Shown: positions 31,704 through 41,770, counted from the first letter of the stretch. The stretch: 64,000 nt of DNA from Alphaproteobacteria bacterium (GCA_965232515.1 CBDDPY010000002.1:4096001-4160000), one strand, 5' to 3'. Numbers and translations are program-made. The notes: generated by a model not told the origin, from the sequence alone.

Positions 31704-32768
31704 TCAGGCCACAGCCGATGACGCGCTCCTGCTCGCAGTCCGTTCGTCAATTACCTCCTGCGCCATCCGGTCGGCGGCGACGCTGGTGGGAATCGAATCT
31801 GTTTCCGACCGCGTGAAAACCCTCAAGCACGTCTCGTAGATCGCCGCTACCCGCCGCTCGACGGCATTACGCGGCGCCCCGCTCCGATCGCTCAGACTGC
31901 TGAGCAGACCGCCGGCATTGGCGACATAGTCCGGAACATAGAGGATGCCGCGATCGGCCAACGCAACGCCGAGCCGGTCCTCGGCCAACTGATCGTCGGC
32001 GCCGCCACAAACGACCTTGGCGTTTAGTGCCCGAACCGTCGTCTCGGTCAGCACCTCGCTTTCCAAGCAAGGCGCGAGGATATCGACGTCCAGGCGATAG
32101 AACTCGTCCAGCGACACAGGAACCACACCATAGGCCCCGGCCGCCTGCGCCAACGCGACCTCGTCGCGATCGGCCGCGAAGACATCGGCACCGTCGGCGA
32201 TCAGATGCTTGCAGAGATGCCAGCCGGTGCCGCCGATGCCGAGAACGGCCACGCGCAGGCCGGTCAGTTGGCGGCGGCCCAGACGGAAGACGGCGGCGGC
32301 CCGGATTGCCTGATAGACCCCGAAGCCGACCGCCGGCGCTGCCTCGCCGCGACGGCCCGGCAGGTCAACCACATGCGTGGTCTGCCGCCGGATCACCGAC
32401 ATGTCGTCCAGGGTGAGGCCAACGCCCCGGCCGCACACGTAAGCCCCGCCCATACGGTCGACGGCCCGTCCGAAGGCCTTGAGCAACGCCTCCGACTTGT
32501 CCCGCGCCGGGTCACCGATAACCATTGCCGCGCCACCGCCCATCGGCACGTCGGCCAGCGCGCATTTATAGGTCATGGACCGGCTGCGCCGCAGCACCTC
32601 GGACAAGGCGTCGGCCGGCGCCTCATACGGCTGCATACAGACGGCGCCACTGGCCGGTCCGAGCACTGAACTGTGAATGGCGATGACGGCGCGAAGGCCG
32701 GCGGCCGGATCGGTTATGAAGCCGACGAACTCATGATCGGCGAACTCGGGTCGTTCGAACACCAGCAT
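31704..32768 (-). CDS. Leu/Phe/Val dehydrogenase-family protein with degenerate active site
   Basis: GLRAVIAIHS..LGPA, MTYK, GIGGTG, DILAPC, GILYVPDYVANAGG; has GGGA where GGGK is expected. Confidence 0.88.
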   Translation of the reverse strand: MLVFERPEFADHEFVGFITDPAAGLRAVIAIHSSVLGPASGAVCMQPYEAPADALSEVLRRSRSMTYKCALADVPMGGGAAMVIGDPARDKSEALLKAFGRAVDRMGGAYVCGRGVGLTLDDMSVIRRQTTHVVDLPGRRGEAAPAVGFGVYQAIRAAAVFRLGRRQLTGLRVAVLGIGGTGWHLCKHLIADGADVFAADRDEVALAQAAGAYGVVPVSLDEFYRLDVDILAPCLESEVLTETTVRALNAKVVCGGADDQLAEDRLGVALADRGILYVPDYVANAGGLLSSLSDRSGAPRNAVERRVAAIYETCLRVFTRSETDSIPTSVAADRMAQEVIDERTASRSASSAVA

Positions 32769-32836
32769 GACGGCCCTCCCAAACCAAGCAGGTCAGTCAT
32801 AGCACCGCATCCCGCGGCGGCGCTGTGAAGCCCGTC

Positions 32837-34000
32837 TCACGTCAAGGCGCGGCGCACGCGGGCACCGATGCCGGCCAAACGCTCGGTCGGTTCGTTGCTG
32901 AAGGCCAGTCGGACATAGCGATTGCCATGCGTCTCGCCCCAATTTGTCATCGGCATGACGGCGACGTGGCCCAGCTCCAGGAGCCGCTGCGCGGCCGCGG
33001 TGGCGTCGTGCCCCATCGCCGCCACGTCCAGCAGCATCGACCAGCCGCCGGCCGCCGGAATCAACGGCAGTCCGTCGAGTTCGGCCACGATGACGTCACG
33101 GCGACGTTGCAACTCGGCGACCGCTGCCGTGAGATCCGCGTCCGCCGCATGCAATGCCGCGGCCGCGGCGGCTTGGGCGATGCCCACCGGCACCGCGACA
33201 TCCGACATGGAGACCCGGCCGAGGTCGGGCATGACCCGCGCCGGACCGACAATCCAGCCGACACGCCAGCCGATCATGCGGTATTCCTTGGACATCGAAC
33301 CGACGGTGATCGTGCGTTCGGCCATCCCGGACAGCGCGGCGGGGTGCAGATAGGGACGGCCGTCGAACAGAATCCGTTCCATCGCGGCGTTGTAGATCAG
33401 CCAAAGCCCGCGTTCGTGGCAGAGCTCGGCGATCACCCGCCAGTCATCGGCCGACAATACGGCGCCAGTCGGCATGGCGGGGTTCATCAGGAACATGGCC
33501 CGGGTACGCGGTCCGATGGCCGCCCGCAACGCCGTCTGGTCGAGCCGCCAACCGTCTTGTGCCGGCACCAGGGGCACGCAGCGTGGCACGCCGCCACTCA
33601 GACGCACGCGGTTCAGCATGCCGATATCCGTCGGATCGGTGACAACGACCTCGGCCCCTGTCGGCACCAGCGCCATCAGGGCAATCAGACAACCCGACAT
33701 GCCGCCCGCCGTCACCACACAGTTCCGTTCGGCGTCGTAGTGATGGCCGGACAGCATGCCGACATGCCGCGCGATCGCCTGACGCAGGCCGAACTGGCCC
33801 AGAAACGGCAGGTATCGGTTCGCGCTGGCCTCGTCCACGGCGGCGCGGGTCGCCGCGACGGCCACCGCCGGCGGTCGCAGATCGGTATTCAGGTTCTCCA
33901 GACGCAGCAGATCGGGATGTTCGGCGGCGGCCCGGTCGGCCGCCGCGCCGACGGTGTCCAGGCCTAGCGGCCGGATATGTTGCAATCGCTCGACATCCAT
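32837..34000 (-). CDS. PLP-dependent aminotransferase class I/II
   Basis: LRLENLNTD, MNPAMPTG, GSMSKEYRMIGWRVGW, YVRLAFS; GGGAG RBS before ATG 34000. Confidence 0.9.
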   Translation of the reverse strand: MDVERLQHIRPLGLDTVGAAADRAAAEHPDLLRLENLNTDLRPPAVAVAATRAAVDEASANRYLPFLGQFGLRQAIARHVGMLSGHHYDAERNCVVTAGGMSGCLIALMALVPTGAEVVVTDPTDIGMLNRVRLSGGVPRCVPLVPAQDGWRLDQTALRAAIGPRTRAMFLMNPAMPTGAVLSADDWRVIAELCHERGLWLIYNAAMERILFDGRPYLHPAALSGMAERTITVGSMSKEYRMIGWRVGWIVGPARVMPDLGRVSMSDVAVPVGIAQAAAAAALHAADADLTAAVAELQRRRDVIVAELDGLPLIPAAGGWSMLLDVAAMGHDATAAAQRLLELGHVAVMPMTNWGETHGNRYVRLAFSNEPTERLAGIGARVRRALT

Positions 34001-34230
34001 CGACAATCTCTCCCGGCCGGACCCGACCCGGGCACGCAAGTCCTCTACGTACGGGTTAAGGCAAACAGATGCAGGCACGGCGGCCGTACCGAAATAGGCG
34101 GCAGCGGTTTCCATCGGATGTCGGCCCAGGACGAAAAGTGTTTCGATTGTTTCCGACGGACGCGCGCTGGGCGCGCACCGAGCGTTCAACAAGCCGGCAA
34201 GATCCGGCGAGCCTTCGAAGGAGCATTTGC

Positions 34231-34854
34231 ATGTACAAGCTGTACTGGTCGCGAAACACCGGCGCCTTCGCGCCCCAGGCCATGCTCGAGGAGATCGGCG
34301 CCGGCTACGAGAAGATTGTCGTCGATACCCATACCGACGCCCACCGCACGGCCGCGTTCCTGGCGGTCAATCCCATGGGCCAGATCCCGGCGCTGGTGTT
34401 GCCGGACGGCACGCTGCTGACCGAATCGACGGCCATAGTGCTGCAGCTCGGCGACCGTCATCCCGAGGCCGGACTACTGCCGGCGATCGGCAGCGCCGAG
34501 CGGGCGGCGCTCTACCGCTGGCTGCTGTTCATGTCGACGAACATCTACGACGCGGCGCTGCGTTACTATTACAGCGACCGCTACACCACCGATTCCAATG
34601 GCGCCGACGGCGTCAAGGCAGCCGCCGTCCGGGACATGGACCGCCATTGGGCGATCCTGGCGGCCGCGCTGACCACCGGTCCGTACCTGCTGGGCGATCG
34701 GTTCGGCGCCGGCGACATTTATCTGACCATGCTGGCCACCTGGCATCCGGACAGGGCGCGGCTGTTCGCCGAGCAACCATCCATCAAGGCCGTCTTCGAT
34801 CTCGCGGCGGCACGACCCGCGATCGCCAAGGTGCTGGCCGAACATGCGGGCTAA
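34231..34854 (+). CDS. Glutathione S-transferase family protein
   Basis: GAAGGAG RBS; FLAVNPMGQIPAL, LTESTAI, PYLLGDRF.AGDIYL. Confidence 0.92.
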   Translation: MYKLYWSRNTGAFAPQAMLEEIGAGYEKIVVDTHTDAHRTAAFLAVNPMGQIPALVLPDGTLLTESTAIVLQLGDRHPEAGLLPAIGSAERAALYRWLLFMSTNIYDAALRYYYSDRYTTDSNGADGVKAAAVRDMDRHWAILAAALTTGPYLLGDRFGAGDIYLTMLATWHPDRARLFAEQPSIKAVFDLAAARPAIAKVLAEHAG

Positions 34855-34864
34855 TTGTTGGCTT

Positions 34865-35010
34865 GGAGGTGAAGGTGGCGGGCGGGAGCACGCAGCCGGT
34901 CGGTGGCCGTGCCAAAAGGGGGAGTGGGGGGTCACCTTTCACCCGGCCAACCGGCCCGATACCCACGGTCTCCCGCCGCGCCATATGAACGACAGACGTT
35001 CATCTCTCTC
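34865..35010. ncRNA. Putative structured RNA (long imperfect hairpin, C-rich loop on minus strand)
   Basis: Nested pairings GGCGGGAG/CTCCCGCC, GCCGGTTGGCCG/CGGCCACCGACCGGC and GAAAGG/CCTTTT closing the loop TGACCCCCCACTCCCC; TTGACC upstream on the minus strand. Confidence 0.4.
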
Positions 35011-35339
35011 GTGCTACGGGGGTCGCAACAACGCCCCGCGCAGGTCAACAGGTAAGGCGGCGAGTTTTCTGCTTTGTGTCCGGCGGGGCCGGATAAGGTT
35101 TCAATTGTTTCAGTGGCGGGCCGACAGCGCCGGATTTCATCCCCAAAACGGTGCCGTGGGCGGCGCCCGCGGGCATCCCCCAGGATCGTCGCGAAACATC
35201 TGTTACCAAAATCCAGATATCGAGAAATCGGCCTGAAATCTGACCTCCCTATCTAAGTGGCCTTAAGAGACGTGCGGCGTGGCCGACCGGCGCGGAAAAC
35301 AGCCGGCGGCCCAACCGCACTTGAGAGGAGAACAAGGTC

Positions 35340-35663
35340 ATGTCCGCCTATTTCGATATGGACCGAAATGGCAACCCGAATGGCACGGCGCGAGCCCCGT
35401 TCATGGAGCTGGTGGCGCCGTTTCAATTCATCGCCGACGGTCTGATCGCCGGCATCAATTATGCCGTCGACACCACGCATAAGGCTTCGATCGAAGCCGC
35501 CAAGCGCCGCCGGGCGCGTCAAACCATCGACCGGCTGCAACGGCTCGACAACCATATGCTTCGCGACATCGGCATCAACCGCAGCGACATAACGCGGATC
35601 GGCTTCGAGGCCAGCAACACCGACGACGGTGTCTGGCGGCATCCCGGCCGGTCCGGAAAGTAA
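35340..35663 (+). CDS. DUF1127-domain protein
   Basis: GAGGAG RBS; RRRARQTIDRLQRLDNHMLRDIGINRSDI. Confidence 0.88.
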   Translation: MSAYFDMDRNGNPNGTARAPFMELVAPFQFIADGLIAGINYAVDTTHKASIEAAKRRRARQTIDRLQRLDNHMLRDIGINRSDITRIGFEASNTDDGVWRHPGRSGK

Positions 35664-35883
35664 CGCCTGTCGTGGGTGTCGATGGGAACAGGCGGTCGTG
35701 CCGCACATTTGAACGGCACGGCCGCTTTCGGTTGCACGGCGATATCGGTTTGGGGGCGGCACGCTGACGGCGGCCGCAAGGCCGGTATTCCTGAACTAGA
35801 CAAGGGACGGTATTAGAATGACCATGGAGATCGCACCTGTGTTCGCCCCCTCGGGCCACACACGGGAAGACAGCAGGGACGAG

Positions 35884-36606
35884 ATGGCGACAAAGACGCG
35901 TATTCTGGTCGTCGACGACGAAGCCGACATTCGCGAAACCCTCGACGACTACTTGAAGATCCACGACTTCGAGGTCACGGTCGCCGACGGCGGCGAGGCC
36001 GTGCGGCAGCTCATCGAGGACGGCGCCGAAATCGACGTGGTCCTGCTGGACATCAACATGCCGGGCGAGGACGGCCTGTCGCTGGCGCGATTCCTGCGCG
36101 AACGCGCCGATGTCGGCATCATCATGCTGACGGCCGTCGGCGAAACCGTCGACCGCATCGTCGGCCTGGAAATGGGCGCCGACGATTATCTGGTGAAGCC
36201 GGTCGACCTGCGCGAGCTGCTGGCCCGGATCCGGGCCGTGACGCGGCGGCTGCAGGCGGAAGCCGAGGCCGAGCCCGCGGCCGGCGACGGCACCGAGGAG
36301 ATCGCCTTCGGCCGCTGCCGGCTGAACCTCGACTCGCGCAAGCTGTTCGACGCCGAGCGCAACGAGATCCCGATCACCAGCATGGAATTCGACCTGCTGA
36401 AGGCCTTCGCCGACCATCCGAACCGGGTGCTGAACCGGGACCAGCTGCTGGACCTGGCGCACAACCGGGACTGGGAGCCGTTCGACCGCAGCATCGATAT
36501 CCGCATCGCCCGCATCCGGCGCAAGCTGGAGGTCGATCCCAGCAAGCCGGAGGTCATCAAAACAGTTCGCGGCGCCGGCTACATCTACGTCCCGCCCGGC
36601 CGCTAA
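35884..36606 (+). CDS. OmpR-family response regulator (no adjacent kinase)
   Basis: ILVVDDE, LLDINMPGEDG, GADDYLVKP, DRSIDIRIARIRRK, IKTVRGAGY. Confidence 0.95.
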   Translation: MATKTRILVVDDEADIRETLDDYLKIHDFEVTVADGGEAVRQLIEDGAEIDVVLLDINMPGEDGLSLARFLRERADVGIIMLTAVGETVDRIVGLEMGADDYLVKPVDLRELLARIRAVTRRLQAEAEAEPAAGDGTEEIAFGRCRLNLDSRKLFDAERNEIPITSMEFDLLKAFADHPNRVLNRDQLLDLAHNRDWEPFDRSIDIRIARIRRKLEVDPSKPEVIKTVRGAGYIYVPPGR

Positions 36607-36621
36607 GCGTTTAGCGCCGGT

Positions 36622-37023
36622 TCAATCTTCCAGATAGGCCGTGCATTTCAGCTCGACCCGCAGGCCCGGCATCGAGAAGCGCTTCACCTCGAAGCCGGTC
36701 CAGGTCGGGTAGTTGCGGACCATGTAGCGGTCCTTGACCTGCATGAACAGCGGCAGGTCGGTCATGTCGGTGTGGTAGGAGACCAGCTCGACGACATCGT
36801 CGAAGCCGGCGCCGGCCGCGTCCAGGACCAGCTTCACGTTCTCGAAGGCTTGCGCGAACTGCGCTTCCGGATCCTCGATCACATTGAGGTCCCGGTCGCG
36901 GCCGACCTGGCCGGCGATGTAGAGGTGATTGCCGACCCGCACGCCGGGCGCGTAATGGTAAGTCTCGTAGATGTTCTCCATGCCCGGCGGGATGATGGTC
37001 TGTCGCTTGGCCGGCATCGGCAC
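36622..37023 (-). CDS. RidA/YjgF-family protein (non-canonical Rid subfamily)
   Basis: YAPGVRVG, LYIAGQVG, YPTWT, LRVELKCTA. Confidence 0.88.
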   Translation of the reverse strand: MPMPAKRQTIIPPGMENIYETYHYAPGVRVGNHLYIAGQVGRDRDLNVIEDPEAQFAQAFENVKLVLDAAGAGFDDVVELVSYHTDMTDLPLFMQVKDRYMVRNYPTWTGFEVKRFSMPGLRVELKCTAYLED

Positions 37024-37030
37024 GCTCCCT

Positions 37031-37807
37031 TCAGTTGGCGGTGATCCGCAGGTTCTCGGCGTACTGTGTCATGGCAGCCGAGATGATGATCTTGTCCGTG
37101 CCGACCACGAAGCAGCGCACACCGCGTTCGTACCATTCGCCGAGCTGCCGCCGCGCCTCGACCGGATTGGGGTCGAAGACCGGCATCATCACCGGCACGC
37201 CCTGCTCCTGCGCGCGTCGGACCATGTAGTCGACGGCGTCCTGCACTTCGGCGCGGCGGTAATCGCCCTCATAACCGAGCGACACCGACAGGTCGAATGG
37301 GCCGATCAGGAAGCCCATGACATCGGGCACCCGGACGATGTTGTCGAAATCGTCGAGGCCGGCCTGGGTTTCGACCAGCAGCACGACGCCGGTCTCGCTT
37401 TCGACCCGGCGCACATAGCTCTGCCAGTCGCGGATGAAATGCCCGCCCGCCCGAACACAGGGGCAGGCGCCACGATTGCCGCGCGGCGCGAAGCGGCTGG
37501 CGCCGACGGCGATCTCGGCGTCTTCCTGCGAGCCGACGCCCGGAATGACGACGGCCGTGGCGCCGGCGTCAAACGCCTTGGTGATCATCACGGGATCGTT
37601 GGCCGGCAGGCGAATGGTCGGCGTGGTGCGGACGGCGTCGCAGGCCCGGAACATGTTTTCCGCCGTCTCCAGACCGAAATAGCCGTGCTCGGCATCGACG
37701 ATGGCGAAGTCGAAACCGCTGAGCCCAATCATGTCGACGATCTCGGCGCTGGCGACCTGGGCCCAGGTGCCCAGCACCAGGCGATCGGGTTCGAACAGAT
37801 GGGTCAT
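37031..37807 (-). CDS. HpcH/HpaI-family class II aldolase
   Basis: GFDFAIVDAEHG, FAPRGNRG, LVET, IGPFDLSVSLG. Confidence 0.9.
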   Translation of the reverse strand: MTHLFEPDRLVLGTWAQVASAEIVDMIGLSGFDFAIVDAEHGYFGLETAENMFRACDAVRTTPTIRLPANDPVMITKAFDAGATAVVIPGVGSQEDAEIAVGASRFAPRGNRGACPCVRAGGHFIRDWQSYVRRVESETGVVLLVETQAGLDDFDNIVRVPDVMGFLIGPFDLSVSLGYEGDYRRAEVQDAVDYMVRRAQEQGVPVMMPVFDPNPVEARRQLGEWYERGVRCFVVGTDKIIISAAMTQYAENLRITAN

Positions 37808-37829
37808 CTCTCAGTCTCCCTTCAGCGGT

Positions 37830-39857
37830 TCAATCGCGATAGCAGACGGCCTCGACCGCCGCGGCGATGTCGCGGCCGTCGGGCATGTAGTCGCGCTCCA
37901 GCCGGTCGTTGTAGGGCACCGGCATGTCGGGCGCGCCGACCCGCCCCACCGGCGCGTCGAGCCAGTCGAAGGCCTGCTCCATGATCGTCGCGGCGATCTC
38001 GCCGCCGATGCCGCCAAAGCGCACGGCCTCGTGCACGACGACGGCGCGGTTCGTCTTCTTCACGCTCTCGACGATGGTGCCCATGTCCAACGGCTTGACC
38101 GTGCGCGGATCAATGATCTCGACGGAAATACCCTGTTTCTCCAGCCGGGCGGCGGCCTGCTCGGCACGTTCGACCATGGCCATCAGGGCCACAACGGTTA
38201 CATCCGTGCCTTCGCGCACGATGCGCGCCTGCCCCGGCGCGATCTCATAGGCCGCTTCCGGCACCGGCGCCTCGCCGCCCAGATAAAGCAGCTTGTGCTC
38301 CAGGAACACGACCGGGTTGTCGGAGCGGATCGCCGCCGTCATCAGGCCCTTAGCGTCGTAGGGATTCGACGGCGCATAGACCTCGAGCCCCGGCACGTGC
38401 GCGAACCAGGCCTCGAGCGATTGACAATGCTGGGCCGCGAGACGGATGCCGGCGCCCTGCGGCCCGCGAAACACGATCGGCACCTTGGCGGCGCCGCCCA
38501 GCATGAAGCGGGCCTTGGCGGCCTGGTTGACGATGGCGTCCATCATCAGCGAGACGAAATCGAAGAGCTGGATCTCGACGATGGGCCGCAGACCGCGCAA
38601 AGCCGCGCCGACGCCGCAGGCCGAGATCGCGCCTTCGGAGATCGGGGTGTCGCGCACGCGCTCCGGCCCGACCGCGTCGCGCAGGCCCACCGTCAGGCCG
38701 AAGATCCCGCCGATGGCCGAGACATCCTCGCCGATCAGGATCACGCGCTCGTCCCGCTCCATCTCCTGCCGGAACGCCTCGTTGATGGCCTGCACATAGG
38801 TGAGTGTGCGTTCGTCCGGCGGCGGCGCGGCCGCGATCTCGCGGGCCGGCGCCGTCACCTTCGTGCGCGCGGTTTCGATGTCGGGCTCGGGTTGCGCCGC
38901 GGCCCAGTCGATGGCGGCCTCGACCTCGTCCTCGACGCTGCCGACCATGGCCTCGTAGTCGGCTTCGGCCATGCCGCCGGCCGATATCGCGCGGTCGCGC
39001 AGCCGGATCAGCGGATCGGCCGACTTCCAGCCTTCCTCCTCGGCCTCGCCCCGGTAGCTCGGCAGGTTGGCGCGCATGGAATGGTCGTCCCAGCGATAGG
39101 TCAGCGCCTCGATCAGCGACGGCCCCTTGCCGGCCCGCGCCCGCAGCGCCGCCCGCTCAACCGCGTCGAACACGGCCATGGCATCATTGCCGTCGACGCG
39201 AGCGTTGGCGACGCCGTAGCCGTCGGCGCGCGCCGCGACGGACGGTCCGGCGGTGACGCTGGCCGACGCCGTCGACAGGCCGTACTGGTTGTTCTCGCAG
39301 AAGAAAATCAGCGGCAGCGACCAGACCGCCGCCAGGTTCATGGCCTCATGAAAGATGCCCTCGTTGGCGGCCCCGTCACCGAAGAAGGCAATGCCGATGG
39401 CGCCCGTGTCCTTCAGCTTCTCGGCCAGCGCCGCGCCGGTGCCGAGCCCCATGCCGGCTCCGACGATGCCATTGGCGCCGAGGATATTCGCCTCGAAGTC
39501 GGCGATGTGCATGGAGCCGCCGAGCCCGTAGCAATAGCCCTCGGCCTTGCCCATCAGTTCGGCGAACATGCGGCGCATGTCGGCGCCCTTGGCCAGCGTG
39601 TGGCCGTGTCCCCGATGATGCGTCAGCAGAAAATCACGCGGCTCCAGCGCCCGGCACGCGCCGACGGCAATCGCCTCCTGTCCCACCGAGGAATGCGCCG
39701 TGCCCTTGATGACACCGCTCAGGAACAGCTCCTTGGTCCGCGTCTCGAACCGGCGGATGCGCAGCATCAGGTGCAGCATTTCCTTCAGGTCGTCCGGACC
39801 CAGGCGATTGCCGGGCGCGGGTTCAGAGACGGATTGCAGAACGCTGACATCGGACAT
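37830..39857 (-). CDS. Fused TPP-dependent dehydrogenase E1 alpha/beta
   Basis: HRGHGH, GGSMH, GDGAANEG...ENNQYG, then GEDV, DTPISE, AAQHCQS, DAPVGRV, all in one frame. Confidence 0.93.
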   Translation of the reverse strand: MSDVSVLQSVSEPAPGNRLGPDDLKEMLHLMLRIRRFETRTKELFLSGVIKGTAHSSVGQEAIAVGACRALEPRDFLLTHHRGHGHTLAKGADMRRMFAELMGKAEGYCYGLGGSMHIADFEANILGANGIVGAGMGLGTGAALAEKLKDTGAIGIAFFGDGAANEGIFHEAMNLAAVWSLPLIFFCENNQYGLSTASASVTAGPSVAARADGYGVANARVDGNDAMAVFDAVERAALRARAGKGPSLIEALTYRWDDHSMRANLPSYRGEAEEEGWKSADPLIRLRDRAISAGGMAEADYEAMVGSVEDEVEAAIDWAAAQPEPDIETARTKVTAPAREIAAAPPPDERTLTYVQAINEAFRQEMERDERVILIGEDVSAIGGIFGLTVGLRDAVGPERVRDTPISEGAISACGVGAALRGLRPIVEIQLFDFVSLMMDAIVNQAAKARFMLGGAAKVPIVFRGPQGAGIRLAAQHCQSLEAWFAHVPGLEVYAPSNPYDAKGLMTAAIRSDNPVVFLEHKLLYLGGEAPVPEAAYEIAPGQARIVREGTDVTVVALMAMVERAEQAAARLEKQGISVEIIDPRTVKPLDMGTIVESVKKTNRAVVVHEAVRFGGIGGEIAATIMEQAFDWLDAPVGRVGAPDMPVPYNDRLERDYMPDGRDIAAAVEAVCYRD

Positions 39858-39878
39858 GACGATCGAACCCCGTTGTTA

Positions 39879-41195
39879 TCAGCCGTAAGCCAGCGTCGGC
39901 AGCCAGAGCGCGATCTGCGGGAACGTCGCGACCAGCACCAGCGCCAGCACCTGCAGGCCGATGAACGGCCATTGCGCGGCGAAGATGTCCTGCAGCGTCA
40001 CCTCGGGCGGCGCCACGCCCTTCAGGTAAAAACAGGCCGGGCCGAATGGCGGCGTCAGATAGGCGATCTGCATGGATAGGTTGAAGAGAATGCCGAACCA
40101 GATCGGATCGTAACCCAGCGCCTGCAACGTCGGCAGGAAGATCGGCATGGTCAGGAACAGGATGCCGATCCAGTCGAGGAAAAAGCCGAGCGCGATGAAG
40201 ACCAGGATCATCGTCGCGATGATGATGGTCGGTTCGGTCGAGACGCCGGCCAGCGCGGCCTTGGCGAAGGCGATGCCGCCGAGCAGGTTGTAGACACCGA
40301 TCAACGCGTTGGTGCCGAACACCAGCCAGAACACCATGCCGCAGGCCTTCAGCGACTGGATCAGCGCCTCGCGGATCATCCGGAACGACAGCTCGCGTCG
40401 GACCCAGGCCGCGAGGATGGTGCCGACCACGCCGACGGCGGCGGATTCGGTGATCGAGGCGAAGCCGGCATAGATCGAGATCAGCACCGAGCCGGCGACC
40501 AGCAACGGCAGGGCGACGCCTTTCAGCAGCGCCAGCTTCTCGGCCAACGGCATGTCGCGGTCAGCGACATCGACGGGCGGGCCGAGCACCGGGTTCAGAC
40601 GGCAGCGGACGAGAATGTAGACGACATAGAAACTGGCCAGCATCAGGCCCGGCAGCACCGTTGCCAGGAACAGGTGCGAGATCGAGACCTGCGCCGTGAT
40701 GCCGTAGAAGATCAGGATGATTGACGGCGGGATCATGGTGCCGAGCGAACCGCCGGCGGTGATGGTGCCGATGGCCAGGCGCTTGTCGTAACCCAGCTTC
40801 AGCATCTGCGGCAGCGCCACCAGGCCCAGCAGCACGATCTCGCCGCCGATGATGCCCGTCGTGGCGCCCAGGATCACGGCGACGCCGATCGTGATCACCG
40901 CGACGCCGCCCTTCAGCTCGCCGGCCCAGACATGGAAGGCGCGGTAGAGATCGCGGGCCACGCCCGAACGCTCCATGATCGAGGCCATCAGCACGAACAT
41001 CGGCACCGCGACCAGCGCGAAGGAACCGAGGAACTCGGCCGTGCGGCTGCCGAGGATGAACAGGCCACCGGTACCGAAATGCGTCACCGCCAGCACCACG
41101 GCGATGGCGCCCGAGACGAAAGCGAGCGGCACGCCGATCATCAACAGGCCGACCATGGCCAGCACGATCAGCAGCGACAGCGTGCCGATGTCCAT
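39879..41195 (-). CDS. dctM: TRAP transporter large permease
   Basis: AVPMFVLM, GGSLGTMIPPS, YDPIWFG, LTPPFG; ATG overlaps the dctQ stop (TGATG). Confidence 0.93.
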   Translation of the reverse strand: MDIGTLSLLIVLAMVGLLMIGVPLAFVSGAIAVVLAVTHFGTGGLFILGSRTAEFLGSFALVAVPMFVLMASIMERSGVARDLYRAFHVWAGELKGGVAVITIGVAVILGATTGIIGGEIVLLGLVALPQMLKLGYDKRLAIGTITAGGSLGTMIPPSIILIFYGITAQVSISHLFLATVLPGLMLASFYVVYILVRCRLNPVLGPPVDVADRDMPLAEKLALLKGVALPLLVAGSVLISIYAGFASITESAAVGVVGTILAAWVRRELSFRMIREALIQSLKACGMVFWLVFGTNALIGVYNLLGGIAFAKAALAGVSTEPTIIIATMILVFIALGFFLDWIGILFLTMPIFLPTLQALGYDPIWFGILFNLSMQIAYLTPPFGPACFYLKGVAPPEVTLQDIFAAQWPFIGLQVLALVLVATFPQIALWLPTLAYG

Positions 41196-41713
41196 CAGTC
41201 GGTCTTGCCGTCTGCGGTGCGCGACCGGAACAGCAGCCAGAGCTGACGGAGGATGACGATCAGGAACAAAACCGCGCCCAGCAATAATGCGAACTTCACG
41301 AAAGCCGGCGCCGGCGTGTTCCACGAGGTGCCCGACCGCTCGGGTGTCCAACTGCCGTTGGCGGCGAACCTGAACAGCGTGCGCTGCGTGATCGACCACA
41401 TCGCCACCGCGAGGCCGCCGAGATAGATCGTGCCGGCAATCAGACTGACAAACTCAGCCAAGCGGCGACCGCGCCGCGGCATGCGGTCGGCCAGGAACGT
41501 GATGCGCATGTGCGACCGGTCGGCCATGCAATAGGCGCCGCCGAAGATGAAGGCGACGGCCGCGACGATGCCGGCCAGTTCGTGCGCCCAGAATGTCGGC
41601 GCGTTCAGCCCGTAGCGAACAGCCACCTCGTAGGCCATCATCACGGCGATCGCCAGAAAACCCCAGGCGAGGCCGTGGCCGACGGCGAGTGCAAGGCGGT
41701 CAATCCAGCGCAA
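41195..41713 (-). CDS. dctQ: TRAP transporter small permease
   Basis: YEVAVRYGLNAPTFWAHE, HMRI; 4 TM helices. Confidence 0.9.
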   Translation of the reverse strand: MRWIDRLALAVGHGLAWGFLAIAVMMAYEVAVRYGLNAPTFWAHELAGIVAAVAFIFGGAYCMADRSHMRITFLADRMPRRGRRLAEFVSLIAGTIYLGGLAVAMWSITQRTLFRFAANGSWTPERSGTSWNTPAPAFVKFALLLGAVLFLIVILRQLWLLFRSRTADGKTD

Positions 41714-41747
41714 CGTTTTGCGCCCCCTGTCGTGGCCGAACGGCGAA

Positions 41748-41770
41748 GGGGCGCGGCGTCACCGCGCCCC
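41748..41770 (-). terminator. Intercistronic hairpin after dctP (stabiliser or partial terminator)
   Basis: GGGGCGCGG-N5-CCGCGCCCC. Confidence 0.55.

Noticed and set aside
34865-35010. 6S RNA or SRP RNA identity for the long hairpin
   Set aside because: No SRP GGAA tetraloop/CAGG motif and no recognisable 6S central bubble; left as an unknown RNA.
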